Positions 17,739 through 27,598 of a DNA stretch of 64,000 nt are shown piece after piece (within the stretch, counting starts at the first letter, position 1; every line of letters begins with the position of its first letter). The stretch lies in the NCBI GenBank assembly GCA_963712055.1, contig CAVQGN010000003.1, positions 625,114 through 689,113 of the forward strand, written 5' to 3'. Below the pieces are notes generated by a model. That model was not told the origin of the DNA. It ran no database searches and was given only the letters and a program-made list of their open reading frames with translations. The translations under genes were made by a program, and so were the position numbers. This DNA is from an uncultured Chloroflexia bacterium. Lineage in GTDB: Bacteria > Chloroflexota > Chloroflexia > Thermomicrobiales > UBA6265.

Positions 17739-18950
17739 GTGAAAGTCACCAAAATCGAAACCATCTGGCTCGAAGAGTTCACGAATGTCCTCTGGATACG
17801 GGTCCACACCGACGAAGGCGTCATCGGGCTCGGAGAAACGTTTTTCGGTGCGGAAGCGGTTGAAGCCTATATCCACGAGAGTCTGGCTCCATACCTGATC
17901 GGCCAAGATCCGCTAGCCATCGATCTCCACAGCCGCTCGCTGTATGGCTATGTTGGGTACCGTTCCTCAGGCGTCGAGATGCGAGGCAACTCGGCGCTCG
18001 ATATTGCCCTCTGGGACATCCTCGGTAAGGTCACGAACCAACCGATCTACCAGCTACTCGGGGGACGCTCGCGCGACAGGGTCCGGACCTACAACACCTG
18101 TGCTGGCTATCGCTATGTCCGCGCCAAACCGAAGCAAGCCGTCGAGAACTGGGGGTTGCCGTCGGCAGGATCAGAAGGACCGTACGAAGACCTCGACGCT
18201 TTCCTGAACCGTGCGGACGAACTGGCGCTCGATCTGATGAGCCAGGGGATCACCGGCATGAAGATCTGGCCGTTCGATCCGGCGGCTGAGGCGTCCAAAG
18301 GCCTCTACATCTCCAACAAGGATCTCGATCTCGCGCTGGAACCGTTCCGCAAAATTCGCTCCGCCGTTGGCATGGACATGGACATCATGGTCGAGTTCCA
18401 TTCGATGTGGAATCTTCCGACCGCTAAAAAGATCGCTCGGGCACTGGAGGAATTCGAACCGTTCTGGTATGAGGATCCGCTCAAAGCCGACAACATCGAT
18501 GCCCTCGCGGACTATGCTGCCTCGACGTTTGTGCCAACCACGGTCAGTGAAACACTCGCAACCCGATGGTCATTTCGTGAAGTCATGCAGGCGAAAGCAG
18601 CCGGGATCATCATGCTCGATCTCTCGTGGTGCGGTGGGATCTCCGAGGCCAAAAAGATCGCGGGAATGGCGGAAGCCCATCAACTCCCGGTGGCCCCGCA
18701 CGATTGCACCGGCCCAGTTGTGCTGATGGCATCGATGCATCTCTCATTGAACGCGATGAACGCGATGATCCAGGAGAGTGTGCGCGCGTTCTACACGGGT
18801 TGGTACAAGGAATTGGTAACCGAACTCCCAGACTTCGAAAATGGCTATCTGAATCTGCCCGGCAAACCTGGGCTCGGGACGGAATTGTTACCGGATCTTC
18901 ATAAACGCCCGGACGCCCGTCAGCGGTTCTCGACCATCGCCACGCTCTAG
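17739..18950 (+). CDS. enolase-superfamily enzyme (mandelate racemase/muconate lactonizing family, acid-sugar dehydratase-like)
   Basis: VKVTKIETIWL...VIGLGETF is the capping domain, and MKIWPFD and EDP are barrel motifs. GGAGGAG lies upstream of GTG 17739. Confidence 0.85.
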   Translation: MKVTKIETIWLEEFTNVLWIRVHTDEGVIGLGETFFGAEAVEAYIHESLAPYLIGQDPLAIDLHSRSLYGYVGYRSSGVEMRGNSALDIALWDILGKVTNQPIYQLLGGRSRDRVRTYNTCAGYRYVRAKPKQAVENWGLPSAGSEGPYEDLDAFLNRADELALDLMSQGITGMKIWPFDPAAEASKGLYISNKDLDLALEPFRKIRSAVGMDMDIMVEFHSMWNLPTAKKIARALEEFEPFWYEDPLKADNIDALADYAASTFVPTTVSETLATRWSFREVMQAKAAGIIMLDLSWCGGISEAKKIAGMAEAHQLPVAPHDCTGPVVLMASMHLSLNAMNAMIQESVRAFYTGWYKELVTELPDFENGYLNLPGKPGLGTELLPDLHKRPDARQRFSTIATL

Positions 18951-19291
18951 TCTCGGATTTTGGATTTCGGAGGGAAGGTTTGGGCATAGGCGACTCCGCG
19001 GTCGATCCATCGCTTGAGGTCGGCATCGCTGTCGAGTTGTGCGGGATCGATCAGAACCCAGCCCTTCATCGGTTTGCCGGAGAGATCGAATTCACGGGCT
19101 TCAGGATGGGTTAGCGCTTCGATTGCATCAGTCTGGTCGAGCCGAACAAAGAGCAGGTCGCCAGAAACCCCGCAAGCGAGGTTTCCGTTGATCAGGTACG
19201 CAATCCCGCCGAACATTTTTCGTTGGTCAGCTCCGGGTTCTACCAACAGGTAGTCCCAAACCTCGCTTGCAAGATGCTCGTCGTAAGCCAT
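18947..19291 (-). CDS. TfoX N-terminal domain protein
   Basis: RKMFGGIAYLINGNLACGV is the TfoX_N signature. 114 aa. Confidence 0.7.
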   Translation of the reverse strand: MAYDEHLASEVWDYLLVEPGADQRKMFGGIAYLINGNLACGVSGDLLFVRLDQTDAIEALTHPEAREFDLSGKPMKGWVLIDPAQLDSDADLKRWIDRGVAYAQTFPPKSKIRD

Positions 19292-19349
19292 CGCGACTGG
19301 TCCTTTCGTTTTGTCCTGGTCCCGGCTAGAGACAGAAACTCACCTTGGA

Positions 19350-20090
19350 TCACAGAACGATGTGGCGTAGTGCTGCCAGCGTACCAACGATACCCGTGAT
19401 CAGCAGGAGCGTGAGCACGATTCGCTGGAACTGGAGCGCAGAAAAACGCTGCAACGCCCGTTGACCCACCACCGTGCCGACCACTGAAGCCGGCAAGAGG
19501 ATGAGCGCAGCAACCAGATCTGACCGGTGAATCAGCTCTTGTGACGCCAGCAGACTCAGCGTCACCCCACCAAGGAAGTAGAACATCGCCGACATGGTTC
19601 CCCGAAACGCCTGGGGAGTGAATCCTCGCGATACGAAGAGGATAGCCATTGGTGGACCAGCCATGCCGGTTGCGGTTCCGAGCGATCCGGCCAACAGACC
19701 GGAAACTGCCGGCGCGACCGCGGACTCAGCTCCTGGAAACGTCCATCCGCGCAGGAGAATCAGCGTTGAAACGATGACAACGAGACTTGCGATGAGTTCG
19801 ATATAGGCGGCTTCCAGGTGTTTCACCGCCAAAATGCCGCCGATCGAACCAGCCAGCGCAAACGGCATCATCGACAACACGATCGGCCAGTCGATCGCTC
19901 GCCAGCTGTGCTTGAAGACTACCCAGCGGGTCACCATCGCGAGCAAAAAGACGATCGCCGTCACACTCGGTGGATCGAAAATCAGGAGAAGCGGCGGGAC
20001 CGCCACCAGGGCAAAACCGAAGGCGGCCAAGCCTGACACCGTGCCCGCAACAAGCACGACCAGGATCGCCAGCACAATGGAAAGCTCCAT
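19350..20090 (-). CDS. TauE/SafE family sulfite/anion exporter
   Basis: 246 aa with 7-8 TM helices and Gly-rich G(x)GGG-type helices typical of TauE. Confidence 0.8.
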   Translation of the reverse strand: MELSIVLAILVVLVAGTVSGLAAFGFALVAVPPLLLIFDPPSVTAIVFLLAMVTRWVVFKHSWRAIDWPIVLSMMPFALAGSIGGILAVKHLEAAYIELIASLVVIVSTLILLRGWTFPGAESAVAPAVSGLLAGSLGTATGMAGPPMAILFVSRGFTPQAFRGTMSAMFYFLGGVTLSLLASQELIHRSDLVAALILLPASVVGTVVGQRALQRFSALQFQRIVLTLLLITGIVGTLAALRHIVL

Positions 20091-20096
20091 CGGCGC

Positions 20097-20831
20097 CTAG
20101 AGGTCGATCAGCGCACTGGCAATGCCGAGCGCGCCGGTTCCGAAGAGAAGACCGATCACGACGAGCCGAAAGAGATGCTCGGGCGTCCGGCTCGCAATTC
20201 GTTTTCCGATGAACGTGCCCACAAGCGCCGCAGGCAAGAGTGAGGCGACCACCTCGAGTTCTTTCCAGCCGACCAATCCTTGCTGGATAAGCAGGAGGAT
20301 CGCCAGCGTATCGATGACATAGAAATACGTCACGATGCTCGAACGAAATGCCTGAAGATCATACCCTCGCGCGGTGAAGAGGAGGGCAATCGGAGGGCTG
20401 GCCATCCCGGTTGCGGCATTCAGCGCTCCGCTGAAAAAGCCAGCAATCGGAGGCGCCGTACGGGATTGGACTCCCGGGATCTGCCAATGGACCAATAGAC
20501 TTGCAGTGAACATGATGACGACAAGCCCAGCGATGAGTTTTATCCATGCTTCGGAGGCGATATGAAGCAGGATCACCCCGCCGCCGAGCCCGATGATTGC
20601 TCCCGGGAGGAGCGCTTGCACCGTCGATCGCTGAACGTGCTGCCAGGAATCGAGGAGAACAATCCAGCTCGTTACCAGTGTGAGGGAGATCGCCAATGCG
20701 GTGACGGTTGGTGGAGGATAGAGCAGGAGAAGCGGCGGAACAACTACGAGAGCGAAGCCAAATCCGGCAATACCGGTGATGATGCCGCCGCCGAGCACGA
20801 TGGCCAACGCGGCGAAGAAGTCGGGACTCAC
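20097..20831 (-). CDS. TauE/SafE family exporter, tandem paralogue
   Basis: 244 aa, collinear with the adjacent gene (GGIITGIAGFGFALVVVPPLLL versus GTVSGLAAFGFALVAVPPLLL). Confidence 0.8.
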   Translation of the reverse strand: MSPDFFAALAIVLGGGIITGIAGFGFALVVVPPLLLLYPPPTVTALAISLTLVTSWIVLLDSWQHVQRSTVQALLPGAIIGLGGGVILLHIASEAWIKLIAGLVVIMFTASLLVHWQIPGVQSRTAPPIAGFFSGALNAATGMASPPIALLFTARGYDLQAFRSSIVTYFYVIDTLAILLLIQQGLVGWKELEVVASLLPAALVGTFIGKRIASRTPEHLFRLVVIGLLFGTGALGIASALIDL

Positions 20832-21004
20832 CGGAGCCAGACGAGTGAAGTGGTCATGATCCCTCGCTGCTCACTCGACGAGCAAGCTAGATCGAGTGCG
20901 CCGATTCCGACCTGAAGAACAATCGTCGTCCCCGAGTTCCGGTACTCGAAGGCTTGGACCGCGATCCGTTTTTCGCTGATTGCGCCATGGGACGATGAGC
21001 CACC

Positions 21005-22336
21005 CTAATTGACCTGCTCCTGAGTTTGGTCGGAGATGTCGATAGTCGGCGTCGGCGCCGATTGCGGTAAGGCGGATGTGGTATCCGGTGCTTTCGGGTT
21101 CGGGACAAGGAAAATTGCAACCGCAGCAGCCAACGCAAGGATGACGAGAAGTTCAGGAGCGATGTCAGCAATGGTGTCCCAGCCAACGATCATTACCACG
21201 GGTATGGACAAAACCGCGAGCAATGCGAATTTGCGATGGGAAGCGACCGTTGTCTCTGTTTCTTGCAGAGCTGGCGACTGAGCGAGCCATTGGTTGTGGC
21301 TTCTGGCCAGCTTTTGGCGGAGCGTGAGTGTTTCATCGGCAGATTTGACTTCTTGTTCAGGTTGGACCAGTGCCACGACCCCAGCCAACGCCATACCAGC
21401 AACCGCGAGTATGAGCGCGGACCCGCGGAGATAGCGCAGGAGCGTGTCGAAAAACGCCGCCGCTGCCGCTTGATCGATATCAGGATCGAGAGCACTCAAG
21501 TACCGCCACCGAACGACTCGAAGCGCAACCAGCACCAGGATCATGATGATTCCAAGCCCAAGGAAGGAATGGAGCGCGGCGTGCCAACGGTTGGTGGAAA
21601 CCAGAAAGTAGAGAAACAAACTTAGCAGAGTAAGCAGCGGGAGAACGACCGCAAGATCATTCAGTATCTGGAACGCTTCCTGGAATTGAGCCAGGTCATC
21701 CGACTGAAAAAGGACGATGGTCAAACCCATGTCCTGGAGCGGAGTCGATTCGAGTGGATCAATTCCCCGTTCGGCTAGTGATTCATTGATCTGAGCAAAG
21801 ATCGGAGTCAGATCGATTGCGACCTCGCCCCCGTTGGTGATGAGCAGATTGTCATCACCGCCCTCCACGACAAGGACCATCTTGTCGTGGCTCAACGTGG
21901 CGATCGTTTCCCAGGCCTCGCTAAATCTTGGTGATTGAACCGCTTGCAAGGAGATGTTTGAAACAGCATCTTCGAGAGCAGCTCTCAGCGGTACGCCGGC
22001 GATGCCCGCGAGTAAGGACGAGGAAGAAGAGTCTCTTTCGAGCGCAACGACAACCTCATTCGCTACGCGTTGCGAGACCGCAATCTGAATATCGGCGTCG
22101 GATGAGAGGGGAGCCACGGTGTGCACGAAAACATCGGTGTCAAAAACGGTCAACCGAGTCCAGATTGCCAGGAGGGATAGAACCGAGAGGACAACAAACA
22201 GTCCAAGCAGTACCGGAGCGAGCCAGCGGCGCCATTTCGAACCCCAAGGTTGTTCGGCCGATTCCTGCACGGCGTTGCTGGCGGGAACGGCTGGTGAAGG
22301 CGTGAGACCTTCGAGATCGCGCGATGCATTCACCAC
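21005..22336 (-). CDS. hypothetical membrane protein (443 aa)
   Basis: It has an N-terminal TM helix, a soluble domain of about 190 aa, four or more C-terminal TM helices and a Pro/Thr-rich tail. I recognise no family. Confidence 0.6.
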   Translation of the reverse strand: MVNASRDLEGLTPSPAVPASNAVQESAEQPWGSKWRRWLAPVLLGLFVVLSVLSLLAIWTRLTVFDTDVFVHTVAPLSSDADIQIAVSQRVANEVVVALERDSSSSSLLAGIAGVPLRAALEDAVSNISLQAVQSPRFSEAWETIATLSHDKMVLVVEGGDDNLLITNGGEVAIDLTPIFAQINESLAERGIDPLESTPLQDMGLTIVLFQSDDLAQFQEAFQILNDLAVVLPLLTLLSLFLYFLVSTNRWHAALHSFLGLGIIMILVLVALRVVRWRYLSALDPDIDQAAAAAFFDTLLRYLRGSALILAVAGMALAGVVALVQPEQEVKSADETLTLRQKLARSHNQWLAQSPALQETETTVASHRKFALLAVLSIPVVMIVGWDTIADIAPELLVILALAAAVAIFLVPNPKAPDTTSALPQSAPTPTIDISDQTQEQVN

Positions 22337-22471
22337 GACTGGACTCCTTATCTGTCGTTCTCCGCGCGACCGGTCTGGGCGGATTCCACAGATTGTAGCG
22401 GCTAGGACGGCCCATGTTGAGGCAATCGCAGGAGCTGCCAGACGGGGAGAGTATTTTATCGGTCTGAACGC

Positions 22472-22681
22472 TCAAGAAATGGGCAGCGGAATCTGATTGA
22501 CGGGACTCGCAGTTGGTGCAACCGTAGGCAGATTGGCGAACGGCGTGACCGGGATCCGGGTGGGGTCGGTTTGCCAAGGGAGCTCACCGGCAGTATTGGC
22601 CAGATAAAGGGAAAACCCAAGCACAATAGCCAGCGGAACCAGGATCAACGTCGCTAAAACCCAACGTCTCAATCGAGCCAC
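22472..22681 (-). CDS. small membrane-anchored Pro-rich protein (69 aa or shorter)
   Basis: It has a basic N-terminus followed by one TM helix (WVLATLILVPLAIVLGFSLYL). The AGGAG position favours the TTG start at 22672. Confidence 0.35.
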   Translation of the reverse strand: MARLRRWVLATLILVPLAIVLGFSLYLANTAGELPWQTDPTRIPVTPFANLPTVAPTASPVNQIPLPIS

Positions 22682-22721
22682 CTCCTGCCCATCACGTCAG
22701 TCTCGAACCCACCGAGTTCCC

Positions 22722-23516
22722 TCACGCGACCGGTGCGTCGATATCGACCTCGAGGCGGACGGTATCGGCAATGCTTATTACAGAACCAACGATCGGTTTC
22801 TCGATATCGAAATCGGCGAGTTCGAATTCAGTGAACGCGCTTCCAACCAGCGTCTCGCCATCGATCGCGACGGATGCTTCCCAGACCACGAGTTGGGTAT
22901 CGCCGCGGAAGGTGAGATCCCCGATCAACCAGAATACCTGCTCATCTGCGGTCAGAGGTCCTTCGAGGCCTTCGATACCGCGAACAACGAAGGTTGCGAC
23001 TGGAAACTCATCCGATTTCAGCGTGTTCCCGCGAAGGTAGTTGTCGCGGCGGGAGCTGTCGCTTTCCAGCGTACGCATGTCCACATCGAAACGGGAGCAA
23101 GCGATTGGGGTTGCGTCATCGCCCACCAGGATTTGACCGATGAAAGCGTTCGTCCGACCGATGGCGGTGTTGGCGCCGACACCACCGAGTTCCTCGTCGA
23201 TGACATAGCGCGCTTCTGATGGTTCACCGTTGATCACGTAGCCGGTTGCATCGTCCGGTACGGTCGCCAGTTGTCCCGGCGGCAACGCGGCCACATCGTC
23301 GCAGGTGGCCAGCGTCGCGAGAAGCGCGTCGTCCGGCTCAGCGATGACGCCAACCGTCATTTCCGCAGTGGTTGATTCCTGGGCTGCGATCGAACCGCTC
23401 CAGGCGGCAAAAGTGCCCCCGGTCAGCGCGATTAATAGCGTCAATCCCGCAAGTCGAGCAGTCAAAACAGATTGAGTAAGCCTGGTGAACATTGTCAGTG
23501 AACTCCTGGTTGACAT
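22722..23516 (-). CDS. YceI-like (polyisoprenoid-binding) domain protein, secreted
   Basis: An N-terminal signal/anchor is present. DMRTLESDSSRRDNYLRGNTLKSDEFPVATF is the YceI signature. Confidence 0.75.
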   Translation of the reverse strand: MSTRSSLTMFTRLTQSVLTARLAGLTLLIALTGGTFAAWSGSIAAQESTTAEMTVGVIAEPDDALLATLATCDDVAALPPGQLATVPDDATGYVINGEPSEARYVIDEELGGVGANTAIGRTNAFIGQILVGDDATPIACSRFDVDMRTLESDSSRRDNYLRGNTLKSDEFPVATFVVRGIEGLEGPLTADEQVFWLIGDLTFRGDTQLVVWEASVAIDGETLVGSAFTEFELADFDIEKPIVGSVISIADTVRLEVDIDAPVA

Positions 23517-23621
23517 CGCGAGAAACGGTCAGGCAGGCAGATCATTGATCGTCCAGCTGCCTCTGCAACATGCTCATGCGCAAGGATACGAGCGTCAGGC
23601 GTATCTGGATGCACACTCGGA

Positions 23622-24902
23622 CTACTCCAGATTGGGCCAGTTGACGATAGACCAGCCCGTTTCCGATTCGATCGCGAGGAGGCGATTCCATTTCGCGAGC
23701 CGCTCCGACCGGGTGATCGACCCCACTTTCAGGGCATCGCCACCCCAACCGACCGCGAGATCAGTGAGCCAGTCGTCCTCCGTTTCGCCCGAGCGCGCAC
23801 TCACAACGACTCGCCAACCGGCCTGCCTGGCCAGGGTGCAGGCTGCGGCCGCTTCCGTCAGGGTGCCAATCTGATTGACCTTTAGCAGGAGCGCGTTGGC
23901 GCTCTGTTCGCTGATGGCTCGTCTGATCCGGTCGGGATGGGTTGCGAGCAGATCGTCCCCCAGTGTCAGGGAGTTCGGCGCGAGGCGTGTCCGGAGTTCA
24001 GGCCAATGCGACCAGTCATCCTCGGCGAGACCGTCTTCGATGCTGACAATCGGGTATTCGGTCACCCATCCGCCAATCCGTTCGATCATTTCCCGGCTCG
24101 ATAGCGACTGTCCGGCAATGAGGTACGAGTCCCGGCGGTGGAAATGGCTGGCAGCCACGTCAACGCACAGTGCAACGTCTAGTCCCGGACTTAATCCAGC
24201 TCGATCGATGCTGGTTACGGCATCATCGTACATTGCTTCGATCGAAGGGAACTCAGGAGCCAGACCACCCTCGTCAGCTACGAGCATTCTCGCGTCGTAA
24301 GCTTCTGCGATCAGCGTTCCGGCTGCCTGATAGACAGCGTAGGTCATTGCCAGCGCCTGATCGACTGAATTCGCTCCACCTGCGACGATGAGCACATCCT
24401 GGATCTCAATTTGCCCACCAGCGTGCTTGCCGCCGCTGAACAGGTTGATCGTCGGGCGCGGGAGGCGGTTGAGACCTGGCTCGAGGTTGAGCATCGTTGC
24501 GAAATGCCGATAGAGCGGGAGTTCCTGCTGAACGGCCATGGCACGCGCGAACGCCAGCGATACACCGAGAACGGCGTTGGCGCCCAGATTGGATTTGTTC
24601 GAGGTGCCATCGAGGGTGATGAGAGCGTGATCGAGATCTGCCTGGTCTGCAAACTTCTTCGTTTGAAGAGCGCCCGCGATCGTGGTGTTGACGTTCGCCA
24701 CCGCTAGTCTGCACCCGAGTCCACCGTAACGGCTCGGATCGCCATCGCGCAGTTCGTGGGCTTCGGCGCTACCGGTCGATGCGCCCGAGGGCACCGAAGC
24801 CGCCGCGGTTGCGCCACTCGCCAGGCGACAAGTGACCGCGAGCGTCGGCCGGCCGCGGCTATCCAGTATCTCCAACGCGTGCAGGTAGGTAATCTCACTC
24901 AT
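23622..24902 (-). CDS. eno: enolase-family protein (divergent phosphopyruvate hydratase paralogue)
   Basis: ILDSRGRPT, PSGASTGS, DEGG, SIEDGL, GDDL, LLLKVNQIGT and SGETED are all present. Canonical IQEF is IQDV here, and SHRSGETED is SARSGETED. Confidence 0.85.
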   Translation of the reverse strand: MSEITYLHALEILDSRGRPTLAVTCRLASGATAAASVPSGASTGSAEAHELRDGDPSRYGGLGCRLAVANVNTTIAGALQTKKFADQADLDHALITLDGTSNKSNLGANAVLGVSLAFARAMAVQQELPLYRHFATMLNLEPGLNRLPRPTINLFSGGKHAGGQIEIQDVLIVAGGANSVDQALAMTYAVYQAAGTLIAEAYDARMLVADEGGLAPEFPSIEAMYDDAVTSIDRAGLSPGLDVALCVDVAASHFHRRDSYLIAGQSLSSREMIERIGGWVTEYPIVSIEDGLAEDDWSHWPELRTRLAPNSLTLGDDLLATHPDRIRRAISEQSANALLLKVNQIGTLTEAAAACTLARQAGWRVVVSARSGETEDDWLTDLAVGWGGDALKVGSITRSERLAKWNRLLAIESETGWSIVNWPNLE

Positions 24903-24906
24903 CTGT

Positions 24907-25932
24907 TCAGGACTCCAGTGAGGCGATCTCTTCGGTGAACGCCCTAATCAGCTCAATCATGGTAATTGGGGGACGGTGCATCAGGGTTACGACCACCATG
25001 GTTTGCCGGTCCCGTTCGCTTGGATCGAGATATTCGAGAGGAGAACGGCCACGGACTCTGGCAAGGAGACAACCAAGGGTATGCCGCACGGCGCGAGATT
25101 CGAGTCCATCGGTCCATGATTCGGAATCTACGCTATTCCAGTAAGTCTCCCAGTAATGACGAGCGGCATCCACGAATTCCTCCCGTTGGTCGGGGAGATG
25201 ATGAGCTTTGCTGAGCAGATGGGTCATCGAAAAGCCAAGATCGAAACCCGGATCGCCGAAATGAACGACTTCATGGTCGAGCAAGACAAGATGATCGTCG
25301 TGAACCAGGATGTTCTTGGGACTGTAATCGCCGTGAACGAGGGTATCGCGGCGAGCGCGAGTCTCCTGGAGAAGCGCGTTATAGAACGCTTCGCTTTCCG
25401 GAGCCTGCTGGCTGGTGTAGACGTAATAGGGTTCGAGGCGGAGCGACTCAAAATAGCCGCGATCGCCAAAGACTGGCAGGAGTTCCTCCTTGCGAAGGGC
25501 TGACCGGATCTCAACGGTCGCCAGCAAACGGGCGAACTGTTCAACATGGTCAAGTTCAAGGTCTCCCGCCAGCAACATCGTTTTCCAGTTCTGATGCGGT
25601 GTTGGAACCGCTGCCATCGCGATCAGGTGATGCTCGAAGTCCTCGAACAGGAGGGGTGTAGTTGTACCGATCGGCGCGAGTTGCTCCAGCCAGCGGAGTC
25701 CATCGGCCTCACGGTGAACTCGTTCCGGCGGTGAGAACCAGTCGACCTGGACCCGAAGTTTTTCGAGCGCTTGCTTGAGAACCCAGGCTTCTCCGTTCGG
25801 ACGGGTGACCAGCACCGTCCGATTCGATACACCGCCATGAAGTGTTTCGAAGCGAGGCGACTCGTCGTTTGCAATGTGTCCAGCGCTACGCAGATAGGCT
25901 AAAAGCTGATTGGCGTTTTCGATGTCGAGCAT
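24907..25932 (-). CDS. APH-fold phosphotransferase (methylthioribose-kinase-like)
   Basis: GGVSNRTVLV is the nucleotide loop, VLKQAL supplies the Lys, and HGDYSPKNILV and DHEVVHFGDPGFDLG are the Brenner and DxG motifs. Start at ATG 25932. The gene ends 4 nt before the enolase-like start. Confidence 0.75.
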   Translation of the reverse strand: MLDIENANQLLAYLRSAGHIANDESPRFETLHGGVSNRTVLVTRPNGEAWVLKQALEKLRVQVDWFSPPERVHREADGLRWLEQLAPIGTTTPLLFEDFEHHLIAMAAVPTPHQNWKTMLLAGDLELDHVEQFARLLATVEIRSALRKEELLPVFGDRGYFESLRLEPYYVYTSQQAPESEAFYNALLQETRARRDTLVHGDYSPKNILVHDDHLVLLDHEVVHFGDPGFDLGFSMTHLLSKAHHLPDQREEFVDAARHYWETYWNSVDSESWTDGLESRAVRHTLGCLLARVRGRSPLEYLDPSERDRQTMVVVTLMHRPPITMIELIRAFTEEIASLES

Positions 25933-26252
25933 ATCCCACCTTCGCATATCGAACCTGAAGGATAAGCAAAGCCACACTTGCCGCAGCCGAGACTACTGTC
26001 GCTGCTTCCCGAACCCCGACATGATCCAAGAATGCACTGTTGACCGCCGCCACAAGAACGGCCGCACTGTCCGCAATTCAACGGATCTTCGAAGGTGTCG
26101 ACGCATCGACCATTGCAAGAATCCATCATCAGTCCGCAATCGGCCGAAGCTGCGGAGAAGGTGGGTCGAACTATCCCTGCCGCGACCAATCCCGCGCGAC
26201 CCCCGGTCACGATCGCGGTCTTTCCGGTCAGATCGAAAAGCGTGGATGTCAT
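25899..26252 (-). CDS. chimeric ORF made of an SDR-derived N-terminus (about 18 aa) fused to a Cys-rich (Stig1-like CGxCG repeat) sequence. It may be a remnant.
   Basis: MTSTLFDLTGKTAIVTGG equals the start of the SDR at 46037. The rest contains 12 Cys with DPLNCGQCGRSCGGGQQCILGSC and a second CGKCG...C..G.C unit. There is no signal peptide. Confidence 0.3.
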   Translation of the reverse strand: MTSTLFDLTGKTAIVTGGRAGLVAAGIVRPTFSAASADCGLMMDSCNGRCVDTFEDPLNCGQCGRSCGGGQQCILGSCRGSGSSDSSLGCGKCGFAYPSGSICEGGICSTSKTPISF

Positions 26253-26262
26253 GTCAATGTCT
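26176..26262 (-). repeat. inverted partial copy of the 5' end (SD plus first 25 codons or so) of the SDR gene at 46037
   Basis: In my manual alignment, 49 of the first 50 coding nt are identical to 46037-46086. A 1-nt deletion in a G-run follows, and similarity decays over a further 25 nt or so. Confidence 0.75.
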
Positions 26263-26559
26263 CCTGACCGGTCGAATCAGTTGATCGCATTCGTAATTCA
26301 TTTCGGCAGCCGTCCAGACCCCCAATCAAGTGGGAATCGCTAGTCACGTGTCCGAATGACCGAGTTGTCGATGTGTTCCTCCTTCATTAGCTCCTTCTTG
26401 GAACCACGTAGCGCCTGTGCGCTCCAATGTTATGTTGCGTTGTTGTGGTGCGATGCGCCTGGACTTCAACGGAATTGAAACAGGGTAACGCCCATTATCA
26501 GGCTGAGGGGCGCAGGCCACTCGGAGTTCGTCGAGCAGGCGCCGCTCATATGAAAGGAG

Positions 26560-27519
26560 ATGGCGATGAACTCAACAGCGACATTGATGCCACTCTTGAG
26601 CCGGAGGCACCTGCTGAAGGGATCACTAGGAGGGCTGGCCGCAGCTATGCTGGTGGGTCAGCCTATGAAAGTGACGATCGCCCAGGATGCCACGCCGATT
26701 GCTACTCCGGTCGCCACCGACGTGGACTGGCCGCGTCTGACGGACCGGCTGGCCTATGGCGATGCCGACCCCCGCAAACAAGCCCTCTATGCGTGGGAAC
26801 CGGAGCCTCGCGAAAAACCCCGGGCAGCTCTTGTTTATATTCACGGCGGGGCGCTGACTTCGGGAGACGCGGTCGACGCTACACCGATGCTGAAGCACTA
26901 TGCTCACATGGGCTTCGTCACCTTCTCGATCGGGTATCGCCTATGGACACGCGGTGATCCGCCAGGAAATCCCTGGCCCACCCAGCTTGAGGATGTCCAG
27001 CAGGCGTTGAGGTGGATTCGAGAAAATGCTGACAGGTTCCGAATCGACCCTGGGCGCATTGGCGTGATGGGTCACTCCTCGGGCGGTCATCTTGCCGGAC
27101 TGCTCGGCACGGTGGCAATGAGTGATCAAGCTGATACGTCTGATCCGGGTATTGCCAGCCGTCCGACCTGCATTGTTTCGGTTTCTGGTGATCTGGATAT
27201 CACGGTGCCTTATGAGGTCGAGTACTACAACGAGCTCAACGCTCAAATCTTTGGAGGAACGAGCGAAGCACTCGAGTCGGCCTCCGCAGCGTACCAGGTT
27301 AACGACTCGACGGTGCCGTTCTTCGTTGCCCACAGCCATGCCGACGGAGATGTGCCAATCCAGCAAGCGAGGAACATGGCAGCGGCGCTTCAGAAGCAGG
27401 GGACGGAGTTCGTTTATGTGGAACTGCCCGACCAGTCTCACATAGGGACTATGCTGTACAAACCGGTCATGCTGCTCGTAGAAGCGTTTGTGATAGGCCA
27501 GCTCCAGCCGGATGCGTGA
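26560..27519 (+). CDS. secreted alpha/beta hydrolase (esterase/lipase-like) with a Tat signal
   Basis: The twin-arginine motif SRRHLLKGSLGG is present. HGGAL is the oxyanion motif and GHSSGGHLA is the nucleophile elbow GxSxG. Confidence 0.8.
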   Translation: MAMNSTATLMPLLSRRHLLKGSLGGLAAAMLVGQPMKVTIAQDATPIATPVATDVDWPRLTDRLAYGDADPRKQALYAWEPEPREKPRAALVYIHGGALTSGDAVDATPMLKHYAHMGFVTFSIGYRLWTRGDPPGNPWPTQLEDVQQALRWIRENADRFRIDPGRIGVMGHSSGGHLAGLLGTVAMSDQADTSDPGIASRPTCIVSVSGDLDITVPYEVEYYNELNAQIFGGTSEALESASAAYQVNDSTVPFFVAHSHADGDVPIQQARNMAAALQKQGTEFVYVELPDQSHIGTMLYKPVMLLVEAFVIGQLQPDA

Positions 27520-27598
27520 ACCGAAATCGGTTCCATGGCGTGGACTGCGCCGCATTTTCTGATCAGGTGAGGGCGGGCACCGCGGGAAGCAAGAACTG

